Positions 12,114-30,000 of a stretch of DNA of 64,000 nt are shown piece after piece; position 1 is the first letter of the stretch, and each line of letters opens with the position of its first letter. Under the pieces are notes generated by a model, which was not told the origin of the DNA, made no database searches, and saw only the letters and a program-made list of their open reading frames with translations. The translations under genes were made by a program, and so were the position numbers. The DNA is taken from the NCBI RefSeq assembly GCF_003918875.1, contig NW_025767021.1, positions 124,001-188,000 of the forward strand, in the 5' to 3' direction. This DNA comes from Haliotis rubra (taxonomy: Eukaryota).

Positions 12114-15100
12114 TTTCACAAACCAAATGGGTTTGCTCATTCCCGTGCATCGCCTACTTCTCATAAACACGTTCTCTGCACCGGTCCAACTTATCCTTGT
12201 TTGCCAGTAGGTTATGTCAGTTGTGATTCGATATGGGGAATTGGACTCTTCTGTCTTCCACACAAGCGAACAGTTTAGCCCTTAGACTGCCTACACCAGC
12301 ATTCATATCACAAGTTTGATACAGAAGGATTATACTAAGCTGGCTTTGGTAATAGACGTTTACTAGTTAGTGAAATCCCCAAGCATGGATATGGTCTTGA
12401 CAAATCAAGGATCCTGCTCGTTTCAGCTAACAGACATCTCTCTGCTCAACACATTGCCCACTATTCAATTTTGCAGTTCAGATCTCACACCCCTTGCCTC
12501 TCAAAAGCTTCTAAACATGTTTGGAGACCTTCATGGTCTCAATTTTCTAGCTGATTGGACGTTGCCCATCTTGAGTTGAGGTGAAATGGGGTTGCACACC
12601 GTGCCCCCTATAGCCTTGTGCATGTATGTGGCTGTATGTACTTGTCCAGACTTATGGTTTCATAGTGCCAGCTGACTGTTATACTATTCAGAAGTTTAAC
12701 CAGATTTTTCTTCTTAGACACAATTCAGGAAGCTCCAAATGAATGGCTGCATTTGTCAGTGTTATTGGGAGACTGTGGCAGAGGTACCAAACAACTTTAA
12801 AGGCCGGGGCGCAAACCTCTAAAACTCGGATAAGTGTACAACCCTAGCCCTGCACAGTATGGTGTCAGGGGAGTGGGTGAGGGGGACATTTTCCCAGCCT
12901 GCCTGAAATATGAAACCCTGAATGAAACATTTCCCCACTCCAAGGCTTGTTTCTATGGAAACGCACCTGACTGACACAGTGGGAAATTCAAATCTGGATT
13001 TAGAAATGAGAAATATATTTTCAAAATGTATGTTTTGTAGACTCTCTGCATCCATACTTTTTGTCTTAACAACATACTTCTTTATACTATGACATAATGT
13101 CAGCCTGAACCGATGAGTCAGTTTTGTGATATTTCATGGAATGTACTTGAATACTATACTACATTGCTTTGCATCAAAGGACAGCTTTGACAAGGCAAGG
13201 AGGCCACACCCCATCTGTGTATTGGTTTGAACCCCAACCTTTAATGGTTGCATATTGCTCTACAACAAGAAGGAGAGGTATCAAACATGTTTCTCATCTT
13301 AATGGATCTGTACAACAGAAAGAGGTCGAAGACTGCTAGTGTCGGCTTGACGTCCAGCAGTTTGTCCACCATGACACGCTCTTCCGCTGTACAGCGGAGT
13401 TTGAATCAGTGCCAGTGATTTGTCCTCAGACAACAGCAGATATCCAATTTCTCCCAGCTTGATTGGTGCCACAATTGCTTGGGCCAAAAAAGGAAAAATG
13501 TGGTTCCGATTACCCAACTGGCCTTATCTTTTTGAAGCGGTATGATTAAAATAAGCTTTCAGATACCATTGGTTTCCATTGTAAATATATCCCTCTCTCC
13601 GACTTGTTAAGTTATAATACACTTTTAAGTCACGCAAGATTATGGCCTGATTAAGAGGTTCATCATATTAGCAGTTTAATGATGAAACCCATGTCATGCT
13701 GACACTATCTTATTCTCATATATTTCTATAATCTTTTGCTTAGTTTCTACATTGAAATTTCGGTCTAATGAATTATCTTGTTGGCTAATAACTTTCAGGC
13801 ATAGCTAGCCCGACTGGGTAGAAACATTTGTAAACTATTTCACACAGTGGAAACAATCCCAATACACAAGGTCTTTTGGGGCTCTAGAACTGGGATCTCA
13901 CACCTCAATAGTACTATAATGTCCATATCACTGAAAGTGAGGCTCGAAATAATCTCCATACCAGAGTTGCAGACCATGAACAGAAGCCCAGCTTTCATGA
14001 CAATTACATCTTTTTAACTGGATGGGTTAAACACTACCATTCATTTATAGTCAATTGTAGAGTCACCTGGGAAAACAGAATTCCAATATTCACATGCTTT
14101 TGGGTGAGGTGTTGGTCTGATGTTTTCAAAACCAAATTGCCCTCCCCATTCTTAATCTTCCCAGAAACCAGATTGAATTTCATCTGCTTTTTTGCCAATA
14201 CCAGCCCTTCTGAAAACTATGACAAGTATTATTACACCATGAGCAGAAGCAAACAACAGTTCAAAATTGATAGTTGAGAACCAATAAATTGATCACAATA
14301 TTAACATGTTTGAAACAACAACAAAAGTTGAACATTATAACAGATTTATTCTGGACATGGGGTCATGTGCAATGATTTAGTTTCTTCAGGAATAGCACAA
14401 CCACACACTGTAACACCACAGTGATGAAAATCTGAACTATGTTACAATCCAATACAAGTTTTCCTGACATGAAGTGAAAATTCATTTTACAATTAACATG
14501 TTCTCAAAGACCATCCCCATGGCTACCACAGGCGCTGGCTGAATCCTGAGAACACATGACAGTCAAAGAACACAAAACACTTCACCAATGAGGCAATTTA
14601 CTTGATAAGTTATCATGATGATAAATGGTTTGTACAGACTGGTGACACAAGGCAGCTAGATATCACTCGCACAGGTGTCTGGAAGATTATTTACAAAAGA
14701 TTACCAAAAGTGGCATGTTGAGAAGTGGTTGATTGATTGAGTAGGGCATCACAAATCCTATTGGCTTATCACAGTCCCATGCAATAAAGAAGACAAAAAG
14801 ACATGTTAGAGATGCCTCTGCACTTACATGGCTAAAAGGTCTACCCAGATGTGTTCTATAAACCTGGACTGCAAGGGGCCAATGTATGTCATGTTTGTAT
14901 GCAATTGAATGGATGCATGGCACAGAATATGTAATATTTGGACACAAATATTGACTGGGTCATACTAAGAAAAAATACCCTTTGTTCATGGAAGACAATG
15001 TGCAAATGTATAGACCAGTTACTCTCTTACATACAAATCTGTGAAAGAAACAGGTTCCTATTAGAAAGTACAAAGTATAACACAAAACCTATGTAAAAGA

Positions 15101-15476
15101 ACACATACCAAAACAAAAAACCTCAAAAATATTTTTTCTCTTTTCTCACATGTTGATTAAGAATCTGTAAGCTGTTGTGTACAAATCACCCAATATCCCA
15201 GCACTTTCTGCATGCTCTGTTCTGCACGTGACTAAAGCACTTAAACTGACAAATGACATTACTCTGCAATAATAGCAACCCAGATCCACATTGAGACTCC
15301 TATGTGATAAGCAAGCATGGTTGATCTCCTGGTGTAGTGCAGTGTCTCCAGGTACCCAGGCAGAGCAACCAGATCAATGTGCCGACTGCTGCAGGAATGC
15401 TGCTTGGCGGGGCTGGAGAGCTTGGTCATGATAATAGCGAGTCACTCAGTCAAGGACTGAACACAGAAACTCATGT

Positions 15477-23117
<7,641 letters not shown>

Positions 23118-23463
23118 TCTGGACTTAGGGCAACAACCTTTTCGCTCTTCAATTAATTTCTACCTCTCAACAATTCGAAATACTCAATCTATCCCTTGCC
23201 ACTCTCTGGTTGTCGTCATTTCAAATTTGCCTGTTCTCAGTTGTTGTGAGTGCGTCAAAGCTGATTGGTTGATTCTTAAGAAAATGGTTTTGATTGGCTG
23301 TGATACCCGCCATTGGAAAAGACATGAGCATGCATGTATTCAACTTTGACCTCAACTTTGACCTTTGTAATTGTTACACGTGATTTGATTGGACAACAAC
23401 CAAGAAGTACACCAATCCTTTCAATCGTTACTCTGAAGGTACGGAAAACTACTTCCGTTCAAA
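23118..23463. promoter_or_regulatory. Bidirectional PLK1/PINX1 promoter with G2/M-type elements
   Basis: 346 bp separate the two ATGs. CHR-like TTTGAA (minus, 23220-23225); CCAAT boxes (ATTGG at 23264, 23293, 23312, 23388; CCAAT at 23412); ETS ACTTCCG at 23451; YY1-like AAAATGGCG at 23461. Confidence 0.75.
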
Positions 23464-26400
23464 ATGGCGATGTTGGCTGAACCTCGACGTAAACAAAAAA
23501 TATCGATAAATCCTCAAGGGACAAATTGGAGTAATGGTGTGTAATTTTGATCAAATACTCTGTTTGAGGAGTTTTGCTTTTTTCATGAATGATGCGACAA
23601 CCAGTAAACACTGGTCGAGAAAACTACCACAGGCATATGACCACGTGGTCAAACATGGGCAATGGTTTAATATTGCTGAAGGTGGGGGGTCGTTGTCGGC
23701 ACAGGTACTACAGATACGTACCCCAGGTACGTTTCTGTATACAGATATGAACCCTAAACAAAGTCAAAATACAGAAACGTACCCGGTACCCTAAAAGGCG
23801 GACGAGTCCATATTCCGCAATCCAAAACCGACACCGCATGTAGTTGTTCCCGTTCAACTGATTGCGAGTGGTATTCACTATCGCGAAATATCCGTTACTG
23901 TGTATTCTCATTACTTACATAAAGCAATCAAATGTATCTAATACAACAGCATGACAGTTCCGATCAAGAATACGACACAATGGGAATGGAATCGTCCTAG
24001 GTTACGTTTCTGTATTCTCATTATGGCCAGGGTACATATCTGTATATATGCCGACAACGACCCATTCAGCCTTAATGTTAAGCAAAGTACAAAGTGTTTT
24101 TGTTTGTTTATTGATACGTATATAAAAGGCAAGAGTTAGGTTTGCCAGGCTCATCTTACTGTTGCAATCCTTTCAGTAGCTTAGAGCAAGCAAAAATTTC
24201 TAAATATTTTTTTCAATGTATATTGCTTCCCCTGCATATTAATAATGAAAAACCAATGAATTTGTCATTTAATCTCACCTAGGTTTGTTGTAATTAAGAG
24301 ACAAAGTAGTTGATTTTATGTATGCAAATGAGGCCAATTTTCTTATTTCTCAAAAAGTGACCCCAGCTCCTGTAAGGTTACTGTTGAGATTTTCCATCAA
24401 AACCCTTCACCATAAATATGTTCCAAACTTCAGGAACATTAGGGCAAACTATTTGAACGTTGGAAAGCACCTTCTGAATTTATATTTCATACTTTTCTGA
24501 AGAATAATGCAAATAGACGGAACCAGTGAAATGAGGAAAAGAGCTTTACCATTTTTTAAAATTTATAAATCAAGTAACATTACAAACTGGAAACAAACAA
24601 AACACATTAAATATCGAAAACATGATCTATTTAATAGTTTAAATCTAAATTCAGTTTCAGATTAATTTTCCTACACATGTTTGAATAATTTAGTCTGTTC
24701 TTTTTATCCCCCGCAACGCGTTTGACAGAACTCTAAAACCGTTCAATATTTCTTCCCCAAACTTGGCACATACATGGATCTGGTGGTGTACTGGTGCCTT
24801 TTGGTAGTTTTGGAATTCTGAATTAAATATTTTGGCATTTCCATGGCAAAAGGTCGACTTTGACTGAAATTGGTGGTAGTGCTCTTTTCGGAGCAGAACT
24901 CTAAAACCGTTCACTATTTCATCACCAAACTTGGCACATAGATAGATCTGGTGGTGTACTGGTGCCTTTTGGTAGTTTTGGAATTCTGAATAAAATATTT
25001 TTGGCGTTTCCATGGCAACGAGTTCGACTTTGACTGAAATTCTTTCAGGAGAAGAACTCTAAAACCGTTTAATATTTCTTCACCAAACTTGGCACATAGA
25101 TAGATCTGGTGGTGTACTGGTGCCTTTTGGTTGTTTTGGAATTCTGAATAAAATATTTTAGCGTTTCCATGGCAACAAGTTTCACTTAGCCTGAAATTGT
25201 GGTAGTGCTTTGAACTTTCAAAACCTTTCAATACTCTCCTTCCACTTTTCTATATATACACACCTTTCTATATATGTCACCATTTGACATAATCATAACT
25301 CGTGAGACATAATCATGAAGAGTATTTTGCCATTGGGGATAAATTTATCACTTGGATATGGTTTCTCATCTATGGCATGAAAGCATCAAGGGAAAAATAT
25401 TTTAACTTTAAAAATGTTCAGAATTCAATATACATTGTATTAATATACATTGGGTTACCATCAGATATATATCAAGACAATAGTCCCAATGTGGCCATAA
25501 GCATGTCAAACTTGTCCTCTGTAATTACACAGATAATATAAAATAAATTAAAATAAATAGTCCAATAGTTGTTATAAATATTTAAACAGTGTCATCTTGG
25601 ATAGTATCATAAACAAAAGAAATAGTCCGATAACAGTGTCATCTTGAAGAAGTAATAGTTCTAAAGAGTTTAGGCTTAGTGTCAGTTTTCTGTGAGCAGA
25701 TGAAATGTCAATCAAGTTACCTCCCTTTGCTTCTTCTATGCTCCAGTTATTTGTTGCTATTAACTTTATATGTACATCTCAAAACAAAAGATTGTAGCTT
25801 ATATTTTGCTGTTACAACCTAAATATGGTCAAAGAATGATGAAAACAGTGACAAACACTAATTTTGTTTGTTTTCATTTAACCGAAGTTGTGCTCGTAAA
25901 GCTAGGGTGTGAAACTACGAGTACTTCCAGTAAAGAGTTCGGGCGGTGGGGTAGTCTAGTGGTTAAAGCGTTGGCTCGTCACGCCGAAGACCCGGGTTCG
26001 AGTCCCCACATGGGTACAATGAGTGAAGCCCATTTCTGGTGTCCCCCGCCGTGATATTGCTGGAATATTGCTAAAAGCGATGAATAAATCACACAATGTA
26101 TCAGTGAAGAATTGATTTTTAATGTATTCTAGGATCAATAGACTTTCAAAATATCTGAGGGAAACATGTGATCACGGACGTTTAAAGAAAGAAATTCACT
26201 TTCCAGGTTTTAAAATTTCCTAATCAGATAGTGCCTTGCTGTGAAAAAACTGCATCTGTCAGCATCTGTTCAATGTGCAGTTTGTGTGTAACTTATAAAC
26301 AGTAAAATGTCGCCTGCACATGAGAGTGAAATGTAACTAAAGCAATATTACAAACTATTTCCTCTTATCTGAATAAATAGGCTGTTTGGGTCATATTTCG

Positions 26401-26988
26401 ATTTGAGTTGACAGTGTAAAACATAATCTATTGTTCATATTACCTGTACAATACAAGATGAAAACGATAGTTATTTCAAGTTAAAGGGACACTACATAGA
26501 TGGTTCGGTTTGCTTTATATCATTCATGAATTATTTTGGAGTGCGACATCACACTTTCAGTTAATGCCAGATTAAATTCTCCAACTAAATACATGTACAA
26601 CTCTGCAAAATGAAGCCGACACTGCAGAGGCAGAGTGAAGTAAAAACCTATTTCTTGCAGACAAGTTCTAAAATACTTATTGTATGCTTTATTATGTTAG
26701 TGGCAAGTGTTTAGCAAACCCAAGTTTACAATGTAAGTATGCCTTGGTGATATGAAGCCAAAAATCCTGGACAGAGTTTGATATGGCCAGTCTATAATCC
26801 CTGTCACATCGTCACATCTTATGCAGTCCATTCATATGTTTTATATCTACTAGTATTTCATTTCGGACAAGTCCACACATTTAGATTAATTATATGTTGT
26901 GATATGTTTATCTTTCATTGAGAAAATATCCAAAGATATTTTGTTTTGTTTGTGTATTTTCCCTCACATGCAGTCATCAAAGCCCACA

Positions 26989-27040
<52 letters not shown>

Positions 27041-30000
27041 AACTGAAATAATTATGGAGACTTAAAATACCATTCACTTAACGCTTGACCTTACCTTGCC
27101 TAACACAAAGTGTCCTTGTGTCTTCTCTGATGATTCCTCCGGCTGTGTCCATTGACTGGAAGCAGCATGGATCAAAGTTGACAGATTGAAACTTTTCCTA
27201 CCACTGTCCATTACTTTCATGCTTTCTACTGACCATTCAGCTCCAAAAGATAATTTGGTGCTCTTGAATGTTTTGAGTTTCCTTTCAGCATATGGCTGAA
27301 GTTGTATAAAAGGTGTGACAGCTCTTGTTTGCTGTGTTGTTGGGTTTAGCAGCTGTTCAATCCAGGGTGTGAAGGGAACAAGGCCTTCGATAACTTTGAA
27401 AGTGGCTTCATCCAGATGATATAAAGTTTGAGCTTCTAGTATTGCTTGAATGTCAGTCATCAACACACCAGCTTTCTTCTGCAGCAGTTGAGGACATGGC
27501 ATGACTTTTGAATGTTTTGTATGTGAATATTTGATCTGAATACAGTTGGTGAATCTACCCCCAGTAAGTGATAATGAAGTACATGGATCACATATACCAG
27601 GCATTATGGCAGCAAGGGATTGATATGGGTGAGTTGATGGTTGAGTGTATGGAGACGCTGCTCCTGGGGGTGTGAGGACCTGTTGGCCTGGGGCCCAGTT
27701 TGGACAGGGAGGCCCAGCTTTGAGCATGGCCTGTGTGCTGTGGGACAGTTGCATAATGGTAGTCGAGTCTGGTAGGTGTTGAGGCAGAACCAAGACTTTT
27801 CCTTCGTGTTTGGCAATGGTGTGCTGGAAGTGACCATCAAGGCAAACAGTATGCTGGCTTTGCTTGGAACATGCTGTGGAGCAACAACATTTGATCCCAG
27901 TATTACATCTCAGTAGAACCTGTGGACTATTGGTACTTTCTGTTGGAGATGCACTTTGTTGGACCTCGGTTTCGAAGGAGCTTGTAGTTTTGTGAGAGAT
28001 CTGGATGCATGGTCTGGTTTCATTTATTGGTACTATTTGTGGAGCTTGGTCAGTGTTGCTGCTGGTGTATTGCTTGGCCCTACATGGCATTTGAGTGTCA
28101 TCACTAGAACCATTCAAGGTTCCTTGAAAGTGAACATCATCATCCTTAGCCCAGAGGGAATGTGAAGTGGATGTCTGAATCTCAGAACTGGGCAAAGGCT
28201 GAACACAGGTTGTAAAGTGTTCTCCAGTTGACGAGCAGTGTGTATCAACTTCAGGGAGTGGTGAGATGTCAGTGATGTTATTGATGGGATATTCTAGAGG
28301 GTCACTGTAGGTCTCGACAACATCATCAGTAGATGGCCTTGTGTATGATGGAGACTTTCCATGTCTCTCCAGTGGCTGCGTGTATGTCATAACACTCTGA
28401 CATGGTTTTCCCGAGTAGCTGCAAAGAATGTCCTCTGTGATGAGGGTCTGGCTGCAGGCTTGGTCCTCCTTAGACACAGGGAGTGTGAAGGTGATAGGAG
28501 TTTCTTCAGCACTGGCTAAGGGCTGGGAGAAGGTGATGAGGGGTGTGATGGACTGCCACCAGGAGGACACTGCACTGCCCACAGCTTTCATGGACACACT
28601 GCTCAGTGACTGCCATAAGGACCCAACCTGTCAACACAAATAGTACAGTTAGCGTACGTCTGATGTTGAAGAAACCATAGGGTATCTGCTAGATTAATGT
28701 CATACTAGGACAAACATAAAGTATGATCTTTATGCATGAAGCAGCATATTTAATATTTATTTTCTTTTGCAGATGACAGCAAATTTGGCCAGAAAATGTT
28801 GGAGAGAATGGGTTGGTCTAAGGGCAAAGGCCTGGGAGCTAAAGAAAATGGCCAAGTTGAACATGTGAAAATAAGCTTTAAAAATGACCAGAAGGGTATG
28901 TGAAAGTAATGGCGATAAGTGACTGAAAGATATGAGAAAGTAATTATAATCATGAAGAATTGTTTTCATAAAATGGGTGTGAATCCTTTTTTGGTGTTCC
29001 CCATTCCAGTCAACAAGATATGCTGGAACATTTCTGAAAACAGCGTAAAACTGAATGTCGACATTGCATTAGCAGTTATTAGTCAGATTTTTAATTAAAA
29101 TATAGTAGACATTTTTAATACACCTTTGATTCACGCATGTATTTCCGGTGATATAGTCAAAAGCTACCATACATTTGTGTGTACATACCCTGTTTGTTTT
29201 AAATTTCCTGAAACAACATACTCATTATAACTTGTCTGACTTGGTATTGATTCAGTGATTGGTGAATTTCTGCAAATAACTGGACTGCATCTGTCAGGTT
29301 GTCTCTGTGTGCGTGTTGTAGGAGTTGGGGCTAACGTGTTGGAATACATCCTAAAATGTCACAGTGTTTGTGTTGCAGGAGTTGGGTCTAACAAGAACCA
29401 AGCAGACAACTGGATAGCTCACCAGGATGACTTCAACAGCTTGCTAGAGACACTGAATGAGGGTCATGGAGGAGGGGAGGTGGATTCCCCTGTCGCTCAC
29501 CAGGTGGCCAGTCTCGAGAAGAAGTCCCAGTCATCGCGAAGCAGAGTACAGTATGTAATCTGAGTAACTGCGGCAGTCTTCATAGATGTATGTATTCAGG
29601 TGTTTCTTTAGGGGAATACTGAGATGCTGCCTAGCAGTGTTGTACTTCAGACTCACTCCCAACTTATGTGAAGGAATGTCTCATGGATTGAATTAATTTC
29701 ATCAAAGTTCATACAACCATAAAATTCCCAACAACAAAAATGGTGTTTTTCTAAGCTTATTTCTCTCCCTTTTTTTTTCTTGTATGAACATTCCCTCTCT
29801 CCTCCTCTTCCGACCCCTGAAGATCCGGTTTAGAATTGGTCTTCAGCAACCCTTGTCGTAAGAGGCGACTAACGGGGTCGGGTGGTCAGACTCAGACTTG
29901 GTTAACATATGTCATATCCCAATTGTGTAGATTGATACTCATGCTGTTGATCACTGGACTGTCTGGTCCAGATTTGATTATTTACAGACCGCCACCATAT

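Noticed and set aside
11800-14300. Possible decayed TE or gene fragments between PIGV and PLK1
   Set aside because: Only short ORFs with no recognisable motif or consistent splice pattern.
25941-26020. tRNA gene
   Set aside because: No clean acceptor stem or T-run terminator; it continues into a shared SINE body, and other copies have TSDs.
27074-28597. Transposon-derived ORF or independent single-exon gene
   Set aside because: No TE motifs, TIRs or TSD seen; splice sites at both ends and the terminal LGK favour a PLK1 exon. An independent nested gene is not excluded without RNA data.
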